NCBI GenBank assembly: GCA_964603295.1 | Contig: CAZRUG010000011.1 | Location: 1-26,172 of the forward strand | Length of the DNA stretch: 26,172 nucleotides | Direction of reading: 5' to 3' | From: Candidatus Woesearchaeota archaeon | GTDB taxonomy: Archaea > Nanobdellota > Nanobdellia > Pacearchaeales > GW2011-AR1 | In this document: positions 14,904 to 22,882 of the stretch, piece by piece | Numbering within the stretch: position 1 is the stretch's first letter | Layout: every line of letters starts with the position of its first letter | Notes under the pieces: generated by a model | The model's input: the letters and a program-made list of their open reading frames with translations, nothing else | What the model was told of the DNA's origin: nothing | Database searches by the model: none | Position numbers and translations under genes: made by a program

Positions 14904-17167
14904 AAGAAAAAATTTTATTAGAAGTTGTTGAAGCACATAGAAGTTATGTTGATAAAAATGTTGTAACAATTGCAAATTCAGATATGGAGGGTTTTGATTT
15001 GTCTTCTGGAGATATTGTTAAAATTGGTTCTGAAAAAGAATTGTATCTTAGAGTAATTAGGGTTGATGATATTTATTCTGGAAAAATTGGAATTAATGGT
15101 GAAACAAGATCTGTTTTAGGTGTTTCTGTAGGAGAGAAAATTTCTGTTCAGAAAGTTGATAAGGTTCCTGTTTTAAAATCAGTTACTCTTTCTATTTTGC
15201 CTCATGAAAGTTTTAGTACAGAACAATTAAAACAATATAATGCGCAATTAAAATCATATGGAAAGTTTAAGGAATTGTTAATGAATTCGCCCTTGTCTAT
15301 TGGACAAAAAATTACTGTTCCCACAAATGTTGGCAAATTAACTTATTCTGTTGTTGGTGTCATGCCTAAGAAAAATCCAGTTGGTATTGTTGATTTTAAT
15401 ACAAATATTGATGTTTCAGATGATGTTGGACAAGGTTCTGGTGTGAATGTTTATTATGAAGATATTGGTGGTTTAGAAGAAGAAATTGAAAAAATTAGAG
15501 AAATGGTTGAGTTTCCAATGAAGCACCCTGATTTATTTCAAAGACTAGGGATTAGTGCTCCAAAAGGTGTTTTGTTAACTGGTCCTCCTGGAACAGGTAA
15601 AACTCTTTTAGCCAAAGCTGTTGCAACAGAGACAGATGCAAAATTTATTTCAATTGCTGGTCCTGAAATTATGTCAAAATATCATGGTGGTTCTGAGGAG
15701 AATTTAAGAAGTAAATTTGAAGAAGCTGAAAAAAATGCACCTGCAATTGTTTTTATTGATGAAATTGATGCTATTGCTCCAAAAAGAGGAGAAAGCCATG
15801 ACCAAGCTGAAAAAAGAGTTGTAACTCAATTATTAACTTTAATGGATGGTTTAAAATCCAGGGGACAAGTTGTTGTTATGGCTGCAACTAATAGACCTGA
15901 TGATTTAGATGAAGCATTGAGAAGACCTGGTCGTTTTGATAGAGAAATTAAAATTAATCCTCCTTCTGAAAAAGGTAGAAAAGAGATTTTACAAATTCAT
16001 ACACGAAGCATGCCTTTAGAAGATAGAGATAATTTAATTAAAGATATTGCAAAAAATACAATTGGTTATACTGGTGCTGATTTAGAAGTTTTATGTAAGG
16101 AAGCTGCTTTGCGTTCTGTTAAACCTTTTTATAAATCATTAGTTAAATTTGGAGAAGAAGCTTCTGAGGAAGACATTGAAAAAAGAGAGGAAGAAAAGAA
16201 AAAATTAATTAGTAATATTAAGGTTACAAAAGAACATTTTGTTGAGGCAATGAGGCAAGTTGAGCCTTCTGCAATGAGAGAAGTTTTAATTAATAAACCA
16301 AATGTTGAATGGAAAGATGTTGGTGGTTTAGATAAAGCTAAAGAAAAACTTAGGGAATTAGTTGAATTACCTTTGTTAAGGCCTGATTTATATTCTATGG
16401 CTGGAATTAAACCTTCAAAAGGTGTTTTGTTAACTGGTCCTCCTGGAACAGGTAAAACTCTTTTAGCTAAAGCTGTTGCAACAGAATCTAATGCTAATTT
16501 TATTTCTGTTAAAGGTCCTGAATTAATTTCAAAATGGGTTGGGGAGTCAGAAAAACATGTTAGAGAAATTTTCAAAAAAGCAAGACAAGTTGCACCTACA
16601 ATTATTTTCTTTGATGAATTTGATTCAATTTCTAAATTAAGGGGATCTTCAATGAGTGATTCTACTGAAAGAATTGTTAATCAATTATTAACTGAACTTG
16701 ATGGTGTTGAAGAACTTGAAAAAGTTATGATTGTTGCAGCAACAAATAGAAAAGATTTGATTGACCCTGCTTTGTTAAGACCCGGTAGAATTGATTCAAT
16801 TGTTGAATTAGAAATTCCTGATAAAATAACAAGAGAAGAAATTTTTAAGGTTCATACAAAAAATATGCCTTTAGCAAAAGATGTTAGGTTATCTGATTAT
16901 ATTGGAAAAACAGAAGGTTGGACAGGTGCTGATATAGAGGCTGTTGCAAGAAATGCAGGAATACATGCTATTAAAAGAATTTACTTAAAGAAAAATAATC
17001 AAAATCTTGAAATTACAAAACAAGATTTTAATTCTGCATTACAAGAAGTTGCTAAATCTTCTGAAAGAGAAATTAAGGAAGATAAGCCTGTTATTAAAAA
17101 AGAAAAATGTGGAGAAAAAATTAGTAAAAAGAAAAATACTTCACAAAAGAATTCTAAAAAGAAATAG
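14900..17167 (+). CDS. Cdc48/VAT-type AAA+ ATPase, paralog 2, with a Lys-rich C-terminal tail
   Basis: N-domain plus two AAA modules (GPPGTGKT x2, DEID/DEFD, RPGRFDR/RPGRIDS). Pore loops KYHG and KWVG. The C-terminus is KISKKKNTSQKNSKKK. Confidence 0.95.
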   Translation: MKEKILLEVVEAHRSYVDKNVVTIANSDMEGFDLSSGDIVKIGSEKELYLRVIRVDDIYSGKIGINGETRSVLGVSVGEKISVQKVDKVPVLKSVTLSILPHESFSTEQLKQYNAQLKSYGKFKELLMNSPLSIGQKITVPTNVGKLTYSVVGVMPKKNPVGIVDFNTNIDVSDDVGQGSGVNVYYEDIGGLEEEIEKIREMVEFPMKHPDLFQRLGISAPKGVLLTGPPGTGKTLLAKAVATETDAKFISIAGPEIMSKYHGGSEENLRSKFEEAEKNAPAIVFIDEIDAIAPKRGESHDQAEKRVVTQLLTLMDGLKSRGQVVVMAATNRPDDLDEALRRPGRFDREIKINPPSEKGRKEILQIHTRSMPLEDRDNLIKDIAKNTIGYTGADLEVLCKEAALRSVKPFYKSLVKFGEEASEEDIEKREEEKKKLISNIKVTKEHFVEAMRQVEPSAMREVLINKPNVEWKDVGGLDKAKEKLRELVELPLLRPDLYSMAGIKPSKGVLLTGPPGTGKTLLAKAVATESNANFISVKGPELISKWVGESEKHVREIFKKARQVAPTIIFFDEFDSISKLRGSSMSDSTERIVNQLLTELDGVEELEKVMIVAATNRKDLIDPALLRPGRIDSIVELEIPDKITREEIFKVHTKNMPLAKDVRLSDYIGKTEGWTGADIEAVARNAGIHAIKRIYLKKNNQNLEITKQDFNSALQEVAKSSEREIKEDKPVIKKEKCGEKISKKKNTSQKNSKKK

Positions 17168-17201
17168 GTAGTTTTTTAAATTGTTTATTCAAAGTTTTTA
17201 T

Positions 17202-17741
17202 ATGAAAGATAGAAGAAAAATTATCTTTGGAGTAAGTAATCTCCAATTAGAGGAACTTTATTTTGATTTAAGTAATAATTTTATTCCGGGGTTTAAACCA
17301 GTTGTGCTTTCAGATAGGGAAGAAGTTAGGTCAATTTTAAACAGTAATTGTAATGGAATTGCTGCATTTTTATTAGAAGATGATTCTTTAATGAATGGTT
17401 TAGGATTAGTTAAGAAAATGAAAGTAAATAATTTTGGGATTTGTCCACCAATTACTCTTTTGAGATATAATCCAGAGGTAGTTCAACAAGAAGCACTTAA
17501 TTATGGGGTTTTTGTTGTTAGTTCAAATTCTTATGTAAGTGTTTTTAATCAAGTAAAAGAGACAATTGCACCAGAGCAACTTAAAGGAATTTGTCCTGGA
17601 TGCAATGATGCTACATATTTTTCATATAAAGGAACAATTGCTCAAGAGGAAAATAAAGAAATTATTCCATTACATCATTATAATTGTAATTCTTGTAAGA
17701 CAACCTTGATTCCTTCTTCAGTTAAAGAACTAAAAAACTAA
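17202..17741 (+). CDS. Degenerate receiver-like (CheY-fold?) domain fused to a C-terminal zinc ribbon
   Basis: I prefer the ATG at 17202 over the TTG at 17181. An alternating beta/alpha pattern resembles a receiver domain (KIIFGV, KPVVLS, IAAFLLEDD, ITLLRY, VFVVSS), but the N-terminal acidic pair and the conserved Thr and Lys are missing. The C-terminus has CPGCN...CNSCK. Confidence 0.45.
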   Translation: MKDRRKIIFGVSNLQLEELYFDLSNNFIPGFKPVVLSDREEVRSILNSNCNGIAAFLLEDDSLMNGLGLVKKMKVNNFGICPPITLLRYNPEVVQQEALNYGVFVVSSNSYVSVFNQVKETIAPEQLKGICPGCNDATYFSYKGTIAQEENKEIIPLHHYNCNSCKTTLIPSSVKELKN

Positions 17742-18625
17742 TTTTTTGTAGTTATTATTTTTTCTTTTTTTGAAATTAAAATTGTGTGTTCTGCTTGTGC
17801 AACTTTTGCTCCTGAAGATTCAACTAATTGTGGAAAGTGGTGAAGGTTTCCATTTGTTTCTAATTGTTTTAGTGCAAATAAGGCTTTTGTTCCGAATTTT
17901 TTAATAAGCCATCGAGAGCAAAAAGGCAAGCTTCCGTGTTCTTCTTCAATATATTCTAAAATTTCTCTTGCAATTGGGCTTCTAATATTTTTTTCTTCAA
18001 CAAGCATATAAATTCCAGAAGGTTTTCCATCTTTAACTTTTCCAGAAGCTGTTGGCAATGTTGCAAAAGGTTCAATTGCATAAAGTCCTGGTTCAATTTC
18101 TTGATTACTTGAATTGTCAAAATTTGGTATTGTTAATCCTGCGTGCAAATCATATTCTTCCATTGAATGTCCTGAAAGATTTACAATTGGAATAAATCCT
18201 TTTTCTTTAACTGAATCTTCAATTGCTTTCCCAATTTTACTTATTTCAATATTTTCATTTATTGTTTCAAGTGCTTTTTCTAATGCTTGTTCTGTTGCTT
18301 GAATTAGATTTTTATTTTCTTGTGAATCTTCTAAATCAATTGTTATTGCTGTATCTGAAGTCCAGCCATCAATATGAACTCCAAAATCGATTTTGAGTAA
18401 ACCATTTGCTTTTGTTTCATCATTGTATGTTGGGGTGTAATGAGCCGCAATTTCATTTATTGAAAGATTTGTTGGAAATGCAGGTGCCCCTCCTAGAGAA
18501 ATAATTTTTGATTCAATTTCTTCTGCAATTTCTAAAAGTAGTTTATCTTTTTTAACAATTTTTGGAATTTCTTTTCTAACTTGTTTTGCTATTTCTCCTG
18601 CTTTGATAATTTTTTGTTTGTTCAT
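17738..18625 (-). CDS. map: Methionine aminopeptidase, type 2 (archaeal)
   Basis: Pita-bread metal ligand pattern (DFGVHIDGW..D, GH, E, AQAEHT). The 295-aa size is typical of archaeal MetAP. Confidence 0.9.
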   Translation of the reverse strand: MNKQKIIKAGEIAKQVRKEIPKIVKKDKLLLEIAEEIESKIISLGGAPAFPTNLSINEIAAHYTPTYNDETKANGLLKIDFGVHIDGWTSDTAITIDLEDSQENKNLIQATEQALEKALETINENIEISKIGKAIEDSVKEKGFIPIVNLSGHSMEEYDLHAGLTIPNFDNSSNQEIEPGLYAIEPFATLPTASGKVKDGKPSGIYMLVEEKNIRSPIAREILEYIEEEHGSLPFCSRWLIKKFGTKALFALKQLETNGNLHHFPQLVESSGAKVAQAEHTILISKKEKIITTKN

Positions 18626-18698
18626 GATTTTATATAGAATTTTAATATATAAATTTAATTACAATAATATTTATATAATCTGGAATTGTCTATTTTTT

Positions 18699-19166
18699 AT
18701 GTCTGCTTTAAGATATTTGTCTTGGCCTAAGAAAAAGGTTCTTAATTCTGGTAAAACTTGGGTTGCTTCAACTTATGGTGCTGCAAAATATGGTCTTTTT
18801 GTCGGGTTTCCTGCTCTTTTTTTAGCAGAACAGTGTTCTTCATGGGATATAAGGTATTTTGCTGGAGAGATTTATGAAATGCTTTTGGGATTAGACGATC
18901 TTGCACAAAATCATCCCTTTATTACTTTGACTGCAATTGGAACATTTGGAGCTTTGCGTTGGAGAAGAAAAATTGAAAAATTGAAAAAAGAGGAAGAAAG
19001 ATTGGAGAATTTGGTAAGGCCATATGAAGAAGAATTAGAAACTTTAAGACCTCTTATTGCGCAAAATAGAGAACTTGTTGATTTAGTTAGAGAGTATAAA
19101 TCACTTACTCAAACACTTAAAGGTATTAATAATGATTATTCAGAACAAGTTTCAAAAGAAGATTAA
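18699..19166 (+). CDS. Hypothetical membrane protein with a C-terminal coiled coil
   Basis: I prefer the internal ATG at 18699, which has TTTATATA 21 nt upstream, because the track's start at 18603 overlaps the map gene. Two hydrophobic segments are followed by a charged heptad-like region. Confidence 0.5.
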   Translation: MSALRYLSWPKKKVLNSGKTWVASTYGAAKYGLFVGFPALFLAEQCSSWDIRYFAGEIYEMLLGLDDLAQNHPFITLTAIGTFGALRWRRKIEKLKKEEERLENLVRPYEEELETLRPLIAQNRELVDLVREYKSLTQTLKGINNDYSEQVSKED

Positions 19167-19639
19167 ATTTTTTCTTTTAATCTTCTGTTTTTTGGAACAA
19201 AGTTTGTTACTTTGTTTTCTGATGATTTGCCTGTTCCAATAAAATCATTTTTGTATTTTAAAATTATAAATCCTCTAAAGTTTGTTTCAATATTTAGTTC
19301 TTTTCCATGTAAGAATTCTTGAGCTTGTTTTTGATTTAATTCAAATATATTTTTTGTTATTTGATTTTGAAGTAAGTGTATTGCATCTATGCTCAATCTA
19401 ACTTCTTCATTTTGTAGTTTTGCAAAATAAATTCCTGCTCTTTCAACAGGAGCAATTTCTTGAAGATTTTTTATTTGAGTTTCTGAAAATTCTCCTTGAT
19501 AAAGAAAAATTCTTTCAGCACCTCTTTTCATTAAAACACCTTTAACTTCTGAGATTCCAAATTGTTTTTTTATTCTCTCAAATATATCTTGCTGTTCTTT
19601 TTTTGAAATTATTTTTAGTCTGTTTTCTTGGGGTTTCAT
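19163..19639 (-). CDS. Nip7-like / PUA-domain RNA-binding protein (likely NOP2 partner)
   Basis: 158 aa. The domain layout and the C-terminal GFIILKYKNDFIGTGKSS...NFVPKNRRL resemble Nip7/PUA modules. It lies directly downstream of a NOP2/Sun methyltransferase. Confidence 0.45.
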   Translation of the reverse strand: MKPQENRLKIISKKEQQDIFERIKKQFGISEVKGVLMKRGAERIFLYQGEFSETQIKNLQEIAPVERAGIYFAKLQNEEVRLSIDAIHLLQNQITKNIFELNQKQAQEFLHGKELNIETNFRGFIILKYKNDFIGTGKSSENKVTNFVPKNRRLKEKI

Positions 19640-19833
19640 CTTAACCTCCTAAACTTAGCAATGAAAAATCCCTTAACTCGGGACCCTTCATTGAGATTTA
19701 ATCTTTTGTAAATTTTCATCTTAACCTCCTAAACTTAGCAATGAAAAATCCCTTAACTCGGGACCCTTCATTGAGATTTAATCTTTTGTAAATTTTCATC
19801 TTAACCTCCTAAACTTAGCAATGAAAAATCCCT
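19637..19833. repeat. Perfect 80-bp tandem repeat, about 2.46 copies
   Basis: Units at 19637-19716 and 19717-19796 are identical. A third partial unit (19797-19833) is the 3' end of the NOP2/Sun gene. Period is exactly 80 nt. Confidence 0.95.
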
Positions 19834-20770
19834 CGGTATTATTATCTTGAGGATAAACTCTGCATGAGAATTTGACTTCTTCAAGATATTCTTTGTCCTG
19901 CCATTTTGTAATTCCCTGTCTTGGTTTAATTGGTAAGTTTATTTTTTGAATTTCTATTTTGTCTTTAAATTTTTCCAGCATATAATTAACAATTGCTTCA
20001 TTTTCTTCTGGTGCATGAGTGCAAGTTGAATAAATCATTTCACCATTTTCCTTTAATAATTCAAATGCTGTTTCTGCAAGTTGTTTTTGTATTTTTGGAA
20101 GTTTTTTAACTGTATTTATGTTCCACATTGAATATGTTTTTGGAGAACTTCTCAATGTTCCTTCTCCTGAACAAGGTGCATCTACAAGTATTTTGTCAAA
20201 TTTGAAATCTTGTTTTTTTAATCTATAACATAAAGCAATTCCATCTTTTTTTGTTATTATTGTGTTTGTTACTCCGCATCTTTCTAAGTTTGAGGCAAGA
20301 ATTCTTAATCTACCCATTGAAACTTCGTTGGCAATTATGTTTCCTGTGTTTTGCATTTTAGCGGCTGCCTGTGTTGTTTTACTTCCTGGTGCAGCACATA
20401 AATCTAGGACAGATTCTTCTGGTTTAATGTCAAGAGCAATAATCGGCAACATACTGGAAAGTTCTTGAATATAATAATAACCTAAAATATGTTCAAGTGC
20501 TCTTCCCAAATCACCTGGCATTAAATCTCCTTCAATAATCATAATTTCTGGATAAGTTTTCCAAGGTTGTTTTACAATCCAATTTTTTTCTTCAAGTCTT
20601 TTTTTCAAATTCTCTGGAGAAATCTTTAATGTGTTACAACGAATTGAACGGACTGGTTGCTCTTTTAAAATTTCTAAATATGAATTAAAATCTTTGTCTT
20701 CAACTAAAAGCTGTTTCATTCTTTCAATAAATTCTTGTTTTGGTTCAGGCATTTTTTGCAATGTTTTCAT
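19796..20770 (-). CDS. NOL1/NOP2/Sun family RNA (cytosine-C5) methyltransferase
   Basis: SAM motif DLCAAPGSKT. Catalytic motifs DAPCSGEGT (motif IV) and YSTCT (motif VI). Confidence 0.9.
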   Translation of the reverse strand: MKTLQKMPEPKQEFIERMKQLLVEDKDFNSYLEILKEQPVRSIRCNTLKISPENLKKRLEEKNWIVKQPWKTYPEIMIIEGDLMPGDLGRALEHILGYYYIQELSSMLPIIALDIKPEESVLDLCAAPGSKTTQAAAKMQNTGNIIANEVSMGRLRILASNLERCGVTNTIITKKDGIALCYRLKKQDFKFDKILVDAPCSGEGTLRSSPKTYSMWNINTVKKLPKIQKQLAETAFELLKENGEMIYSTCTHAPEENEAIVNYMLEKFKDKIEIQKINLPIKPRQGITKWQDKEYLEEVKFSCRVYPQDNNTEGFFIAKFRRLR

Positions 20771-20798
20771 GGGTCTGCAAGAATTAGTTGATTTATAA

Positions 20799-21374
20799 TC
20801 ATTTCTTTTTCACAAAAATCATTGGATAAATTATGTCACTGATACAACATGGAATTATTACTGAGATGAAAACTATTATTGAGGCTATTAAGAAATAAGT
20901 TAATTCAAAGTTTTGATTAAATGCAATTAAGTAAAATAAACTTGCGAAAACAGATAAGCCTACATGAATAAAATGAGGGAATTTTGTTATTTTGAAATAT
21001 GTTCCAATTCCTGCACCAAATAAAGCAGTTGATAGGATTAAGATTGGTTTATGAAATAATGGAAGATGAAATTCTGGATTAAGATTTAATATTAAACTAC
21101 TTAGATAAGGAAATACAACATCACTTAAACTTCCAATTAAAATTGCACCTGTGATTCCGATTAGTATTGAATATGTTTTGTTTGTTCTGTATTTTGAATA
21201 AATTGCTGATGTGACAATTGCAGATGCAAGAATATGTAAGGGATGTAAAATTTCAAAAGATGTTTGTGCATTTATTTGATTAAAAATTAAAACAAAAATA
21301 ATTGCAATTATTGTTGCAGTTGCTGTAAAAGGAATGTGTTCTTGTAATTCTTTAAAGACCTCTTTTGTTTTCAT
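20799..21374 (-). CDS. Polytopic integral membrane protein, function unknown
   Basis: 191 aa with about 6 hydrophobic helices. No recognisable motif. Confidence 0.65.
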   Translation of the reverse strand: MKTKEVFKELQEHIPFTATATIIAIIFVLIFNQINAQTSFEILHPLHILASAIVTSAIYSKYRTNKTYSILIGITGAILIGSLSDVVFPYLSSLILNLNPEFHLPLFHKPILILSTALFGAGIGTYFKITKFPHFIHVGLSVFASLFYLIAFNQNFELTYFLIASIIVFISVIIPCCISDIIYPMIFVKKK

Positions 21375-21504
21375 GATTGGTTAAAGGAATAATGGTTTTT
21401 ATTTGTTTTTGTGTGAATGAGGTTTTGAGGGAATTGGGATAAGGAGGTTGTTCCTGAGAGGAAATTTAGATAGATTAATATTATTTCTAAAATAACATAA
21501 ATGG

Positions 21505-21533
21505 CACGAGCTGGGATAAAAAATCCCCTCGTG
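21505..21533 (+). other. Stable hairpin followed by a T-rich run in a long non-coding gap
   Basis: CACGAG-CT-GGGAT-AAAAA-ATCCC-CTCGTG gives 11 bp with a 2-nt bulge. It is followed by AGTTTTAATTTTTCTTT. Confidence 0.3.
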
Positions 21534-21710
21534 AGTTTTAATTTTTCTTTCAGTGTGGGGGGGGTGGAAGCGACGACCAAAAAATTAGAGAGAAAAGCCT
21601 GCCTTTTTGTTTCTTTTTTTCCTAAAAAAGAAAATGAGGGGTTTTTATTTTGGTTGTTTTTCTAAAAGAAGAACATCGATATTTATAAAAGTTGAATTAT
21701 TAGAAAGATT

Positions 21711-22028
21711 ATGGTAGAAAAGGAAGTTCAATTAACTCCAGAACAGGCGAGGCAAGTTCAAAATATAGCAGGAGCAATATTTCTTTTTGTTGGAATATAT
21801 TATTTTATTAAAGGAAATTTTGATTTATTCAATTCAGCAATTTTAATTATAATTGGGTTTGGAGTAAGTAAGGATGCAAGAAGTTTAGTTATTTTTGGAT
21901 TAAAATGGACAATAGCAAAAATTCTAAAAAAGCCAACTCCAACATATGATTTTTCTCATGCAAAGATAGAACAGCATGGAAAGCATAATATCATTAACAA
22001 TGGGGGAACAATTAATATTAAAAATTAA
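21711..22028 (+). CDS. Small membrane protein (2 predicted TM), unknown function
   Basis: 105-aa ORF with two hydrophobic stretches. TATA-like TTTATAAAA lies about 22 nt upstream of the ATG. Confidence 0.5.
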   Translation: MVEKEVQLTPEQARQVQNIAGAIFLFVGIYYFIKGNFDLFNSAILIIIGFGVSKDARSLVIFGLKWTIAKILKKPTPTYDFSHAKIEQHGKHNIINNGGTINIKN

Positions 22029-22029
22029 A

Positions 22030-22548
22030 ATGGTAGGAAAACAATCTAAAACTCCGATAAGAAAAAAGAAAAATCTTTTCATAGGGGTTGGAATGCGAAT
22101 GGATTTTACAAAAGAAGATTATAAAAAATTTGAAAAAATCTTGCAAAAATATGCAAAAACTAATAAATGGAAGTTGGAAAAAGAAAAAGTAGGAAAGGAA
22201 GGATATTCTATAATGATTACTTCAAAATCAACTTCGGCAGAAGAAGTATTGAATTTTATTAAAAAGATAAAATCACTATTTGGAGAAATTCAAAAAGAAT
22301 GGGGTGGTGCTCGAGAAGTTTATCCTGACGATTATACAAATATCAAATATTACGATTTGGGAGGAGATGAAGGAAATTTATTATTGGGAATAAATCGTTT
22401 CTCTGAAATGATGATGATAAATATATTATCTAAAAATGCAGTTAAATTAAATAAAGAAGACCCTGAAATTGCACAAGAAATTTTTGGAGATTATATGGTT
22501 GATGGAAACAAATTGCTAAATGTCCTGGTCGGTTTTGAGAAATCTTAA
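22030..22548 (+). CDS. Hypothetical soluble protein
   Basis: I prefer the ATG at 22030, 2 nt after the previous stop, over the overlapping start at 21976. No motif recognised. Confidence 0.45.
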   Translation: MVGKQSKTPIRKKKNLFIGVGMRMDFTKEDYKKFEKILQKYAKTNKWKLEKEKVGKEGYSIMITSKSTSAEEVLNFIKKIKSLFGEIQKEWGGAREVYPDDYTNIKYYDLGGDEGNLLLGINRFSEMMMINILSKNAVKLNKEDPEIAQEIFGDYMVDGNKLLNVLVGFEKS

Positions 22549-22595
22549 AGTATTTTTTCAAAAATTAAAAATTTATTTCGGAGGTAATTTTTAAT

Positions 22596-22772
22596 ATGAC
22601 AATAGATATTGGAACACAAATATTTTTAGTGCTAATTTTTGCTATTATGACTGGTCTGTGTAAAAAATCAAATCTAGATTGGGGCGTTAAATTTTTTGGG
22701 GGGGGAACTGCGATTCTATTTATTGTATTTGCAACAATAGATGTATTAGATGCGGTAAATTTAATAAAATAA
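22596..22772 (+). CDS. Small (58 aa) two-TM membrane protein; not in the ORF track
   Basis: Hand translation: MTIDIGTQIFLVLIFAIMTGLCKKSNLDWGVKFFGGGTAILFIVFATIDVLDAVNLIK. GGAGGT lies 10 nt upstream of the ATG. The ORF contains a G8 tract. Confidence 0.4.
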   Translation: MTIDIGTQIFLVLIFAIMTGLCKKSNLDWGVKFFGGGTAILFIVFATIDVLDAVNLIK

Positions 22773-22882
22773 TTTAGACGAAGCCGACAAATTGTCCAAA
22801 GGACTAAGAGCCTCTCAAAGTAAATGAAAAATTTGAATGTAACGAAGTGAAATATTTTATCCTTTTTTATGTATGATTTATC

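Noticed and set aside
18603-18698. N-terminal 32 codons of the track ORF 18603-19166
   Set aside because: This part overlaps the start of map and the shared promoter. An ATG at 18699 with a TATA box 21 nt upstream is a more plausible start.
19637-19833. CRISPR array as an explanation for the 80-bp repeats
   Set aside because: The units are directly abutting with no spacers. The unit is far longer than a CRISPR repeat and is derived from flanking coding sequence.
9993-19833. Link between the 80-nt offset of tRNA fragment B from the intact tRNA and the 80-nt period of the NOP2/Nip7 repeat
   Set aside because: The sequences are unrelated. I treat the equal spacing as coincidence.
21405-21470. 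Possible C/D-box sRNA (TGAATGA ... CTGA)
   Set aside because: The C box is not canonical (RUGAUGA), there are no recognisable internal D'/C' boxes, and there is no terminal stem complementarity.
21371-21580. 69-aa minus-strand ORF with a TTG start, overlapping the downstream membrane gene by ATGA
   Set aside because: It has a non-ATG start, no SD, and runs through the hairpin and the G8 tract. The opposite strand carries an equally long ORF. I kept the region as a non-coding finding instead. A short upstream membrane peptide cannot be fully excluded.
21545-21580. Possible origin-recognition-box-like element (TTTCAGTG...GGGGGGGG...GGAAG)
   Set aside because: It is a single copy with no inverted partner ORBs and no adjacent orc1/cdc6 gene. 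The resemblance is weak.
22790-22812. Short palindrome GACAAATTGTC in the gap upstream of the polB stop
   Set aside because: It has only 5-bp arms with a 1-nt centre, which is expected by chance. There is no associated feature.
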